From a virus (Duplodnaviria > Caudoviricetes): a DNA stretch of 64,000 nucleotides. How positions within the stretch are numbered: position 1 is the stretch's first letter; each line of letters opens with the position of its first letter. The position numbers and the translations under genes were made by a program. The notes under the pieces were generated by a model. That model was not told the origin of the DNA. It ran no database searches and saw only the letters and a program-made list of their open reading frames with translations. The stretch spans positions 10,240 to 74,239 of the IMG/VR virus record IMGVR_UViG_3300022305_000835, one strand, 5' to 3'. Below, piece after piece: positions 44,265 through 53,315 of the stretch.

Positions 44265-45254
44265 ATGAGTATAAACATTAATGATAGAAGGCTAATTGAA
44301 GGTCCTAAGAATAACTTAATGGCAGTGCGTCCAACTAAACATACTTGGGCTATGAAGGTTCTTGAGAAGATGCAGAATAATGCATGGGACCAACGAGAGA
44401 TTGATTTAACAGATGATGCTAAACAATATGCCACAGGTCAACTGGTTGATGGAAATCTCAAAGCATACAAAAAAGCTTTGGCATTCCTATCTAATTTGGA
44501 CGGGATTCAGTTGAATAACTTGACTACTAATATTGGTAAGCATATTACATCCCCTGAAGTGGCTATGTGTATAGTTAGACAAGCATGGGAAGAAGCACAG
44601 CACGTATTAAGCTATGCTCAGATGATTGAGTCAATTGGGTTTGACCCAGAAGAAGTTTATTGGATGTTTGAGACGGATGAATTACTTGCAGAAAAGAATA
44701 TATACATCACGGAATCTTCAGAGATTCTTGGTAAAGGCTTTACGCCAGAGAACTTCGTTAAGGCAGTGGTTGCTAATATCGCGTTGGAAGGCGTTTATTT
44801 CTTCAATGGGTTCTTGGTGTTCTACACGTTAGAGCGACAAAATCTAATGCGTGGCAGTGCCAATATGATTAGGCAAATCCAGAAGGATGAAGAAACCCAT
44901 CTGGTGTTATTTATCAATATGTGGAATACGCTGAGACAAGAACGTCCTGAATTGTTCACCAAAGAGCTACTTGATGATTGTAGAAATATCATCAAACTTG
45001 CAGCAGAACACGAGATCATTTGGGGGAAATGGATTATTTCCGAAGGTGTGCTAGGGCTATCTGACCATGTAATTGATGATTTTATACGTAACCTTGCAGA
45101 CATGCGCTTGGAATCCATTGGGTTAGAGAAGCTTTATAATGTAAAAACGTCTTGCCCTTGGTTCTTTGAAGTCAGTAATGTAAACATGGGTGATACTAAC
45201 TTCTTTGAAGGTAAGCTATCAAACTATGAAAGTGGTAGTTTAGACTGGGATTAA
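44265..45254 (+). CDS. nrdB: ribonucleotide reductase class I beta subunit
   Basis: LDGIQ, EEAQHVLSY, LEGVYFFNGF, DEETH iron ligands and radical Tyr; C-terminal NFFE...Y. Confidence 0.93.
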   Translation: MSININDRRLIEGPKNNLMAVRPTKHTWAMKVLEKMQNNAWDQREIDLTDDAKQYATGQLVDGNLKAYKKALAFLSNLDGIQLNNLTTNIGKHITSPEVAMCIVRQAWEEAQHVLSYAQMIESIGFDPEEVYWMFETDELLAEKNIYITESSEILGKGFTPENFVKAVVANIALEGVYFFNGFLVFYTLERQNLMRGSANMIRQIQKDEETHLVLFINMWNTLRQERPELFTKELLDDCRNIIKLAAEHEIIWGKWIISEGVLGLSDHVIDDFIRNLADMRLESIGLEKLYNVKTSCPWFFEVSNVNMGDTNFFEGKLSNYESGSLDWD

Positions 45255-45258
45255 AAGT

Positions 45259-45450
45259 ATGTTCATATTATTTGTAATGGTGTACACACTACATGGTCAT
45301 ACCAAGATACTCACTACAGAGTTCCCCACAATGGATGTGTGTCTCAAAGCTAAAGAACATTTGATGCATAACACTGTGGTCAGCACAATTAAGTGTAGAC
45401 AACAGACTCAAAGACCTCTAACAAGCATTCGTACCTTAAAAGGGAAATGA
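45259..45450 (+). CDS. small exported protein
   Basis: Hydrophobic N-terminus, TTEFPTMDVC...IKC. Confidence 0.6.
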   Translation: MFILFVMVYTLHGHTKILTTEFPTMDVCLKAKEHLMHNTVVSTIKCRQQTQRPLTSIRTLKGK

Positions 45451-45457
45451 TATACGT

Positions 45458-45628
45458 ATGATATTACTAAAAGTTAGCCACCTCGCTAAAGCATTAAGTA
45501 TGTCCCGCAATCAAATTAACTATGTGCTAAAGCGTGAAAAAATTAAACCCGTAGAATATCGTAATACCTACACAGGACTTACAGGTTTTTATGACCTGAA
45601 TCAGATTACGTCCATTATTAAATCGTAG
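45458..45628 (+). CDS. small HTH protein
   Basis: Own translation MILLKVSHLAKALSMSRNQINYVLKREKI...GFYDLNQI. Confidence 0.55.
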   Translation: MILLKVSHLAKALSMSRNQINYVLKREKIKPVEYRNTYTGLTGFYDLNQITSIIKS

Positions 45629-45645
45629 ATTATTGAGGTCATTAA

Positions 45646-45849
45646 ATGTCATCTAAACATATCCGTGCATATGAACAAATCCAAGCTATAGCAAATACCG
45701 AAGGATATATAGCTAAAACTATTGAAATTTGGAATACACCTATTAGAAAGCTTAGTACTAATCAAGTAAATTCGTTTAGTGAAGTATTGAATGAGTTGAT
45801 TGCATCTGAAAAAGCCAACGAATTACTCACTAAAACACATGGAAAATAA
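45646..45849 (+). CDS. hypothetical protein
   Basis: 67 aa, RBS GAGG. Confidence 0.65.
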   Translation: MSSKHIRAYEQIQAIANTEGYIAKTIEIWNTPIRKLSTNQVNSFSEVLNELIASEKANELLTKTHGK

Positions 45850-45851
45850 TC

Positions 45852-46133
45852 ATGAATACAGAAGAACAAATACAAGAGTTAGCGGTGCTGATGTTTGATA
45901 GTGGTCATTTGACATTGCCTGAACACGAAGCACTTCTCTCAGAATGGTTTAAAACCCAAACATTCGCACAACCTAAACAGCATCATGTTAATTGGGGCGA
46001 GGTAAGTGGAAAGGCTGATTTTGTTATACATAAAATGGAAGTATATGATACAGAAGGCAACTTGTTACAGTGTGTAAACCTTAAAACGCAGTACCGTCCC
46101 AAAGACGCAGTTGCTTTAGCAACTGGAGAATAA
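45852..46133 (+). CDS. hypothetical protein
   Basis: 93 aa, tightly packed operon. Confidence 0.65.
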   Translation: MNTEEQIQELAVLMFDSGHLTLPEHEALLSEWFKTQTFAQPKQHHVNWGEVSGKADFVIHKMEVYDTEGNLLQCVNLKTQYRPKDAVALATGE

Positions 46134-46134
46134 A

Positions 46135-46407
46135 ATGACTGTATTGGAAATGATGGAAAACGATGTTAATTCGGTTGTTGGCTTAAACGTATCGTATGAA
46201 TTTGGTGGCTCGAAACCGATGGAAGGTAAAGTATGGTCTTCTAAGAAAAACAAAATAGAAGCTATGATTGATGGGCAGTTATCGACTTGGTATTCTTATG
46301 GAATATCATTTGATGGTCGTTGGTATTACACAGTGGATAAATTCACGCGATTACTTGGAGAATATAATGACAGAAACGAACACAGCGAAATCGACATGTA
46401 TGATTGA
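46135..46407 (+). CDS. hypothetical protein
   Basis: 90 aa, tightly packed operon. Confidence 0.6.
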   Translation: MTVLEMMENDVNSVVGLNVSYEFGGSKPMEGKVWSSKKNKIEAMIDGQLSTWYSYGISFDGRWYYTVDKFTRLLGEYNDRNEHSEIDMYD

Positions 46408-46681
46408 GGTACCTGACACCCACATGACACTCAATGGTCTTTCCATTGACTTAAATGTCAATAGAGATTGTTTGAGAAGTAAGATGGTAGTGGCTAAAGT
46501 AGTGCCGAAAGGTTTGGTATACATTAAAGGATATAAAACTAATCTGTATCTAAAAACAGATTTACTTTTTTTATATAGCTTTGATTTTACAGGATACGTT
46601 AGACATTCAACGGATTCTATTAATAATGAGCACCCATTTTCAAACCAATTAGCTACTAAATTTATTCGAGGTATAAGATGA
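46367..46681 (+). CDS. hypothetical protein
   Basis: In-frame ATG 46367 after GGAG; overlaps the previous gene. Confidence 0.55.
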   Translation: MTETNTAKSTCMIEVPDTHMTLNGLSIDLNVNRDCLRSKMVVAKVVPKGLVYIKGYKTNLYLKTDLLFLYSFDFTGYVRHSTDSINNEHPFSNQLATKFIRGIR

Positions 46682-46935
46682 ATACACAGATATACCCATA
46701 TCAAAATTACACTAAATACTGCCAAGTGGGTCTGCACTACGTTAATCATTTAGTTAAACGATATTACATCACTACTAAACTTGATAACGAAGGCAGTCCT
46801 ATAAGGATACCTAAGTTAAGCTATATTTGTACACAGTGCGCCTCGTATACAGACTCTTGGTCATTAACTCTTAAACGTACACGAATTGAGATTATAACCC
46901 GAACACTTTTGCAACAACCCAACTTACATCACTAA
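46678..46935 (+). CDS. hypothetical protein with CxxC motifs
   Basis: 85 aa, ATGA overlap with the previous gene. Confidence 0.55.
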   Translation: MNTQIYPYQNYTKYCQVGLHYVNHLVKRYYITTKLDNEGSPIRIPKLSYICTQCASYTDSWSLTLKRTRIEIITRTLLQQPNLHH

Positions 46936-46950
46936 CTAGATAATACTACT

Positions 46951-47343
46951 ATGCCACAAGATATCTTAGATTTAATCAAAGCTGTAAACACCTATCGCTT
47001 AGAACAAGAAGCACTTCATGATGGAATTACATTAAAAGAGTTCGTCATTATGATGAACAAAGTAGGAGAGAAGCAAGAAAAACCTAAAGTTAACTGTAAT
47101 AAAGCAGGAGAGAAGCCAAGCCCTCAATTTGTACAAAACATTGGATCATACAAAGTAGTAAGTATAGATGGCACAATCACCGCATTAGATATTGCAGCTA
47201 CAAATTTAGTACAAGTTGGTAAGGATACAATTAAATTAGTATGGCCACATACAGCAATCATCTTTACAACTATTTCAGAAGAAGGTGCTGGCTATATCAA
47301 CCAAGCAGAGTTTGATAATCTTGCTGAGTTTTGCTTAGGCTAG
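46951..47343 (+). CDS. hypothetical protein
   Basis: 130 aa. Confidence 0.65.
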   Translation: MPQDILDLIKAVNTYRLEQEALHDGITLKEFVIMMNKVGEKQEKPKVNCNKAGEKPSPQFVQNIGSYKVVSIDGTITALDIAATNLVQVGKDTIKLVWPHTAIIFTTISEEGAGYINQAEFDNLAEFCLG

Positions 47344-47361
47344 TTTTTAAAATACCTCTAT

Positions 47362-47397
47362 AGCCTCGAATGTAGAAATATGTTCGAGGCTTTTTTA
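47362..47397 (+). terminator. intrinsic terminator
   Basis: AGCCTCGAATGTA-GAAA-TATGTTCGAGGCT-TTTTT. Confidence 0.8.
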
Positions 47398-47433
47398 TAC
47401 CCAAAAATTATTATATAAACTTAGGACCACATA

Positions 47434-48423
47434 ATGACATTATTACAAACAATTCAATTATTAGGCTATGCTCATAAAGCTAACATCGCTGCATGGCTCC
47501 ACGGGGCTCCAGGAATTGGAAAAACCCAAGCTGTATATGAGTATGCAGAAAAAGCTGGCTTACCCTTAGTAAAAGTATTTGCTCCAACTGCTGATTTGAT
47601 TACAGTTATGGGTGCTTTATCAGTTAACAAAGAAACCAATGAAGCGAGCTTTCTTCCTCTAAATAAATGGATTACAGATCGTCCTTGTATTGTTTTAATT
47701 GATGAGTTACCTCAAGCACCAACAGCAATTCAAAATGCATTTTCTGACCTCTTATTAAACAAAACAATTGGAGATACGCAATTACATCCCCAATCCTTTA
47801 TTGTCGCTACAGGGAACCGTAGTGAAGATCGTGCAGGTACAAACCGTATTCCTGCTCATGTAGTAAATAGATGCTGGCATATGTATCCAGAAACATCTGG
47901 AGATGAATGGTTAGATTGGGCTACGGACCATAACTATGATGAACGCATTATTGGTTTTGGTCATTTCCGTAAAGACCTACTTCACAACTTTGATCCAAAC
48001 CAGTCACAGAAACCATATGCTACATTTAGATCGTGGAGTATGGTTAATGAAGTACTTAAAGTGGGATTACCTGAAGAGTTAATTGGTCAAGCAGCTATGG
48101 GTATTGTTGGTGAAGGTCCTGGACAGGAATTCCATGAGTTCTGTAAATTGAGTAAATCATTACAAGACCCACGTCAGTTATTAAAAACACCTGATATCTT
48201 TATTTCACCACCAGAATTATCCGGTTTATATGCGATTTCAACAGCATTAGCAATGAATGTTGAGAAAGCTACTGCAGAGAATTTCTTTATCCTATTAAAG
48301 CAGTTACCAGCTGAATTCCAGGTACTAGCTACTATGACTGCTATTCGTACTAAGAAGGATGTTATTGTTAAATCTAAAGGATATTTAGGTTGGGCATCTC
48401 AAAATCTAGCCATCCTTATTTAG
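47434..48423 (+). CDS. MoxR-like AAA+ ATPase (N4 gp24-like)
   Basis: GAPGIGKT, LIDEL, VATGNRSEDRAG, FRSW. Confidence 0.9.
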   Translation: MTLLQTIQLLGYAHKANIAAWLHGAPGIGKTQAVYEYAEKAGLPLVKVFAPTADLITVMGALSVNKETNEASFLPLNKWITDRPCIVLIDELPQAPTAIQNAFSDLLLNKTIGDTQLHPQSFIVATGNRSEDRAGTNRIPAHVVNRCWHMYPETSGDEWLDWATDHNYDERIIGFGHFRKDLLHNFDPNQSQKPYATFRSWSMVNEVLKVGLPEELIGQAAMGIVGEGPGQEFHEFCKLSKSLQDPRQLLKTPDIFISPPELSGLYAISTALAMNVEKATAENFFILLKQLPAEFQVLATMTAIRTKKDVIVKSKGYLGWASQNLAILI

Positions 48424-48433
48424 ATACTAGTTA

Positions 48434-48721
48434 ATGACCCATAAGATTAAACTCTTATGGGTTTTTTATTGGAGTAATCATTTTATGTATAAACCATATA
48501 TAGAAGAAAAACACTGTTCATGGTGGTGTAGTCAAGAAGTGGATGTATATATGTACCGTCTTGATCTTTCCGCACGATTAAAAGTAACAGCTAAATTACG
48601 GCCATACTGTGCATCTTGTGCAGAGTTCTTAATCCAGGATGGTTCAGAATATCATAAACCATTTAAGCATGATGTGCTTCTAGCTACTGTAACAAAGGCC
48701 ATTCTTAATGAGATACTGTAA
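48434..48721 (+). CDS. hypothetical protein, Cys-containing
   Basis: HCSWWC...YCASC. Confidence 0.6.
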   Translation: MTHKIKLLWVFYWSNHFMYKPYIEEKHCSWWCSQEVDVYMYRLDLSARLKVTAKLRPYCASCAEFLIQDGSEYHKPFKHDVLLATVTKAILNEIL

Positions 48722-48884
48722 TAAACATGGGTGCAATAATCCTGCTGCATGGGCCCACTACTTTGTTAATGAACCCAGACAATCTATCTTTTGTTACGCC
48801 TGCCTAACCCCTTACTCCCAGTTACGTTGCGCCCGCACTAAAGAAGAAGCTTGGGCATGTATTATCACTAGGAAACTACAATGA
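48708..48884 (+). CDS. small zinc-finger-like protein
   Basis: Own translation MRYCNKHGCNNPAAWAHY...IFCYACL...EEAW. Confidence 0.55.
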   Translation: MRYCNKHGCNNPAAWAHYFVNEPRQSIFCYACLTPYSQLRCARTKEEAWACIITRKLQ

Positions 48885-49579
48885 ATATTTATCAGCTATT
48901 TAGAGAAGCATCAAACCGAAGTACCCTAAACCGCAAAAAATTATTAGAAATTGGGAAAAAGCATTGTCCAGAAATTCCCATATCATTATTAGAAGCACAC
49001 CGAAAAATTTATCACCAACAATTATACTTAAACTATTGGCGTCCTGAAAATAGACACGCACCAACATCAGATGTAGGTAGTTATATTGATGTATATGGAA
49101 ACATTAAAGCTACAGGAACACGACTACGTCATGGAGATACTTGGCGTACAAAAAGTATATATACATTAAGAGATCCAGGTAATAAATCTGCTTTAGCTCA
49201 TAAATACCGTACAGATAGTGATTTTGCTGAAGTACTAGATATATTTTCAGATAGAACTATGCACCCTGTATTTATAAATGACTTAACCATTCCAAAATGG
49301 GAACCAAGATCAAAAACTATTTGCATGGATAGACGCACAGATGTTACTAGAAACGTTGAAAAACTGATGAAATACAGTGTTATGGTTCTTAGATGTAAGC
49401 CTTTAGACGAAGAGAACCAATATCAATTATGGACATTATCCATAAGAAATAAAGTCATTAAGGTTCAAATTGCGACCATCATAAATAACTCAATTGGATT
49501 AGGTAAAACCCAAAAAGGAAGTAAACGATCTGGCCTTAATAAAAATGCCAAACAGGTTACGGAAAGACTTGGGGAATGA
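48881..49579 (+). CDS. hypothetical protein
   Basis: 232 aa, ATGA coupling; C-terminus resembles 51353-52240. Confidence 0.7.
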   Translation: MNIYQLFREASNRSTLNRKKLLEIGKKHCPEIPISLLEAHRKIYHQQLYLNYWRPENRHAPTSDVGSYIDVYGNIKATGTRLRHGDTWRTKSIYTLRDPGNKSALAHKYRTDSDFAEVLDIFSDRTMHPVFINDLTIPKWEPRSKTICMDRRTDVTRNVEKLMKYSVMVLRCKPLDEENQYQLWTLSIRNKVIKVQIATIINNSIGLGKTQKGSKRSGLNKNAKQVTERLGE

Positions 49580-49790
49580 TTCAATGTCTAGGACCTGTAA
49601 TAACTGTAGTGCTATCGCAGATGTTGATATCTTTACGCTAATAAGTACGAACCGTCATATTGTTATTCCATGCTGTGCTATGTGCGCTATTAAGCTACAC
49701 CGTAAACCAAAAAATGAAGCAAGAAATGGTTTTTATCTCCGTAGTGACATGGAGCAAGAACAAGTTCTTAGAGCTTTACTAAATTTTTAA
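49563..49790 (+). CDS. small zinc-finger-like protein
   Basis: TCNNC...PCCAMC; start uncertain. Confidence 0.55.
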   Translation, partial: KDLGNDSMSRTCNNCSAIADVDIFTLISTNRHIVIPCCAMCAIKLHRKPKNEARNGFYLRSDMEQEQVLRALLNF

Positions 49791-49813
49791 CCTTTCAAAT
49801 ACCGGAAATACAA

Positions 49814-50944
49814 ATGAGTGAAAACAAACATGCAGTTACTGTAATCACCAAAGCACGTGTTCAACTGCTTTTAGACAATCCATTCTTAGGTACCCTAGCT
49901 TTAAGGGCTACATTAGTACAAGTAGCAGATGATGATCCAAGAGCACCTGCATCAACAGACGGAACCCATGTGTATTACTCACCAAAATTTTGGTTAGACA
50001 TGAACCCCAAAGAATGTATAGGTGTACTAGCCCATGAGATTGCTCATAATGCATTACTCCATAGTGCAAGATTAAAAGGACGAGACCATGAAAAATTTAA
50101 CCGAGCTGCTGATTATGCCATTAATGATTTATTAGTTAATACCTTTGGTTATTCATTACCTGAAGACTGTTTATTAGATAGTCAATATTATGACCTATCA
50201 GCTGAGGAAATATATATTCGTTTAGAGGATAGTGCAACAACGTCAGATAAATCGCTTACACCTAAGTGGGGTAATGTGATGCCTACAGCTGGGAATACTC
50301 CAGCAGAACAATCAGCTAATGAACAAGCTATGGAAATAGCAGTAAAAAGTGCTAATCGTGTAGCTAAACAGAATGGGAAGATGCCAGGATCTCTAGCCCG
50401 TATGCTTGATTTTTTAGAGCCTAAAATTAATTGGAAAGAAGCACTAAGAGACTTTTTAACTGCTAAGTTCTCACGAGATGACTATCGCTGGTATCCCTGT
50501 GATATGCAGTATTTACATATGGACATCCGAATGCCTTCATTAACAGGTGAAAAGTTTGGTCCAGTAGTTATCTGTATTGATACATCTGGTTCTATTGGTC
50601 AAAAAGAATTATCAGAGTTCTTAGCTGAAGTATCTGGCATTCTTGAGGACTGTAAACCAGAAAAAGCATTGGTAATTTACTGTGATGCGGATGTTAATCA
50701 TGTTGATGAATTTACAGTAGAAGATTTACCTATCAAACCTAAAATGCATGGAGGTGGAGGAACTGACTTTAGACCTCCATTTGAGTACCTAGAACAGAAA
50801 GGTATCCATCCAGAATGTTTGATATATCTAACGGACATGTATGGTTCATTTCCTGATAAAGAGCCAGCATTCCCGGTTATATGGGCTAGAACCAGTAAAT
50901 TAAATGCACCCTTTGGAACCCACATTGATTTGGAGTTTAAATAA
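49814..50944 (+). CDS. metallopeptidase-VWA protein (DUF2201-like, N4 gp25-like)
   Basis: ASTDGTHVYY, AHEIAH (HExxH), IDTSGS (MIDAS), GGGGTDF, YLTDMYG. Confidence 0.9.
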   Translation: MSENKHAVTVITKARVQLLLDNPFLGTLALRATLVQVADDDPRAPASTDGTHVYYSPKFWLDMNPKECIGVLAHEIAHNALLHSARLKGRDHEKFNRAADYAINDLLVNTFGYSLPEDCLLDSQYYDLSAEEIYIRLEDSATTSDKSLTPKWGNVMPTAGNTPAEQSANEQAMEIAVKSANRVAKQNGKMPGSLARMLDFLEPKINWKEALRDFLTAKFSRDDYRWYPCDMQYLHMDIRMPSLTGEKFGPVVICIDTSGSIGQKELSEFLAEVSGILEDCKPEKALVIYCDADVNHVDEFTVEDLPIKPKMHGGGGTDFRPPFEYLEQKGIHPECLIYLTDMYGSFPDKEPAFPVIWARTSKLNAPFGTHIDLEFK

Positions 50945-50946
50945 AC

Positions 50947-51360
50947 ATGAGTACTCGATCTAACATCGCAGTAGAACACTGCAACGGAACAGTTTCCGAT
51001 ATTTACTGCCACTCTTCTGGATATCTATCTGTAGTAGGATATACACTTTTTAAATATTGGCAGTCAACAAGTAAACTGCGTTCTTTAAAAGCACTGGGAG
51101 ATATATCTTCATTGGGAGATAACCTTGAAGACACTGATGCATATCATCGTGATAGAGGAGAGAAACGCTCTCCAGCACGAACTCATGCAACAGTTCAGGA
51201 TTATATTAACAAGTCTGAAAGTTCCCTATATCGTGGAGATTGGGGATATGAGTATCTTTACCTATTTAGTCGTAAAGAAGGCTGGATGGTCAAAGTATAT
51301 GATCAAGCATGGAGACCACTATATTTAGCACTTGTTGAGGAGAGATTAACTGATGTCTAA
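50947..51360 (+). CDS. conserved phage hypothetical protein (MSTRS...YxHxDGY family)
   Basis: MSTRSNIAV...IYCHSSGY...GDISSL...EYLYLF. Confidence 0.7.
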   Translation: MSTRSNIAVEHCNGTVSDIYCHSSGYLSVVGYTLFKYWQSTSKLRSLKALGDISSLGDNLEDTDAYHRDRGEKRSPARTHATVQDYINKSESSLYRGDWGYEYLYLFSRKEGWMVKVYDQAWRPLYLALVEERLTDV

Positions 51361-52240
51361 GAATAAACGAATAAACCCTGCATATGTAAAAGGTGTCAAT
51401 AGTGAAGCATGGATCTTAGCGGGTAAGTGTGTAAGAGAGAATATTAACTACAACGAAATGGTAGTGTTAGCTAAAACGCAATCTGATGATCGTGGTAGCT
51501 TACCTCGCGATACTGATAATGCTAGAAGAGAACTTGGATATCGTTCTGGATCATCTGACTCATCCCGAGGTACTAACTTAAGAAGAAAGATAGCTGAACG
51601 ACTTCCGATTAGAGCTGAATTAAAAAACCTTCCTTATTACTTACGACCCTCTTATATCCAAGTAATCGGATATGAATCAGGGCCCACATACATTCCAAAT
51701 AGATCTTATAATAATTGCCGTGATAACCATAAATACCGTCCCATAGAGGGTATGAAAGCTAAACTTCACAAAATGCGCACATATCTTATGAAAGATAGTT
51801 TGGAAGGCTTAGTGCGATGGGTAGATACAATTGGAAGTAGTAAGTGCGATTTTGTTGTAACACCTTCATTTGAAGGATTTTCCTTTAAGATTAAGACAGG
51901 TGCTGTAGGTAATAGGTTACCTACTACTAAGTATTATGACTCATTAGGAATCATAGTTAGTGCCCCTAAAGAGTTTTTTTCTCAACAATTCTGGGGATTT
52001 GGAGATCATTTAGTAGTTCGTGTATTAGATAAATATGAGAATGATGCTGGTATTAATATTCTTAAAACACTTAGTTGTGACAGAGAAAACCTGTATGCAC
52101 TAGAAAGTCCTACTATTTTAAAAGAACGATACTATGTTCATAAAGATTCTATGAAAGGCACAGGACTATCAGAGGAAGCAGCTATTAGATCACTTCAATA
52201 CTATATGGGTAAAGCAGTAACATTTGCTTTAGGAGCCTAA
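51353..52240 (+). CDS. hypothetical protein
   Basis: 295 aa, overlaps the previous stop. Confidence 0.7.
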   Translation: MSKNKRINPAYVKGVNSEAWILAGKCVRENINYNEMVVLAKTQSDDRGSLPRDTDNARRELGYRSGSSDSSRGTNLRRKIAERLPIRAELKNLPYYLRPSYIQVIGYESGPTYIPNRSYNNCRDNHKYRPIEGMKAKLHKMRTYLMKDSLEGLVRWVDTIGSSKCDFVVTPSFEGFSFKIKTGAVGNRLPTTKYYDSLGIIVSAPKEFFSQQFWGFGDHLVVRVLDKYENDAGINILKTLSCDRENLYALESPTILKERYYVHKDSMKGTGLSEEAAIRSLQYYMGKAVTFALGA

Positions 52241-52266
52241 TATGAAAATCAAAGGTTATTAACGCA

Positions 52267-52581
52267 ATGACTCCTTTAGAAGATTTGGAGCTACACGCAT
52301 ATGAAGTGATGAATAAATTAACAGGACTGCCTACACGGGAATCCTTAAGGGCAGCATATATAAGGTTTAATTTTAGTCGTGCCTTAGTTGCTGATCATTT
52401 TCAAATCACACCTCAAAGATTAAATATCATTAAAAAGAAGCTGTTAGGAGATGAGATATTACCTTCTGGTGCTACATATATTCGACAATGGAATGAGGTT
52501 AAATGTTATACCAAATCCTATCCTACATGGACTCATGTACCTGAAAGTGATAAACCCAGACATACGTCTGAATTCAAATAA
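52267..52581 (+). CDS. hypothetical protein, possible HTH
   Basis: FSRALVADHFQITPQRLNIIKKKL. Confidence 0.55.
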   Translation: MTPLEDLELHAYEVMNKLTGLPTRESLRAAYIRFNFSRALVADHFQITPQRLNIIKKKLLGDEILPSGATYIRQWNEVKCYTKSYPTWTHVPESDKPRHTSEFK

Positions 52582-52598
52582 CATCAATAGGAGAAAGA

Positions 52599-53315
52599 AT
52601 GATTGCTTATGAAGGACCCAGTTTAATCAATGGTGACCCCATTGCACTAATTTTGACTAGTAACTCCCTCAATGCCAAAACAGGTACGATGATTCAATCT
52701 TGGATTATTCCTGTAAAAGACAGTGTCTTGGTAAATGATGAAGCTGTCTGTGGAGATTGTAGAATGCGAGAAGGAGCATGCTATGTAACAAAGGTATTTG
52801 CTCCTAATAATGTTCAAAAATCTTATAGAGCAGGCAAATACAAAGCCTTTCAATCAAGTGACCTTCGTCATGAAATACTTCGTATAGGTAGCTGGGGAGA
52901 TCCTGCAGCAGTGCCTGCAGATATCTGGCTTAATTTATTACGTCGTACTCAGCTAACAGATAAGTACACAGGATATACCCACCAATGGCGTACATGTGAT
53001 CCAGTATTTGCTACCTTTTGTATGGCTTCAGTAGAGACATTAGAAGACGCTCAATTAGCACAATCTATGGGATATTCAACATTTAGAGTTAAAGAGGCCT
53101 ATGAGCCCAAACAACCTAATGAAACACTATGCCTAAACCAGACAATAGGGATTACATGTAAGCAATGTTTATTATGTAATACTTCATCAGGAGACATTGT
53201 TATTGATGTACATGGTACAAGACGAACAGTAAACAAATATAGAGAATTTAGATTAACTCTATCTACCACTGAGAGGACAGATGACACAAGTCATATTAAC
53301 AAAGGATCAGACTGA
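52599..53315 (+). CDS. Cys-rich conserved phage protein (GP88/DUF7227-like)
   Basis: YEGPSLINGDPI, NAKTGTMIQSWI, VCGDC...ACYV, LRIGSWGDPAAVP, TGYTHQW, CKQCLLC. Confidence 0.6.
   Translation: MIAYEGPSLINGDPIALILTSNSLNAKTGTMIQSWIIPVKDSVLVNDEAVCGDCRMREGACYVTKVFAPNNVQKSYRAGKYKAFQSSDLRHEILRIGSWGDPAAVPADIWLNLLRRTQLTDKYTGYTHQWRTCDPVFATFCMASVETLEDAQLAQSMGYSTFRVKEAYEPKQPNETLCLNQTIGITCKQCLLCNTSSGDIVIDVHGTRRTVNKYREFRLTLSTTERTDDTSHINKGSD

Noticed and set aside
41881-45254. Z-genome or hypermodified-base pathway
   Set aside because: No PurZ, DatZ, hydroxymethylase or glycosyl/amino transferase ORF seen; ThyA has the dUMP-type Asn and the polymerase is ordinary N4-type
43997-45628. Temperate lifestyle suggested by excisionase-like HTH genes
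   Set aside because: No integrase, repressor/antirepressor switch or partition genes in the window
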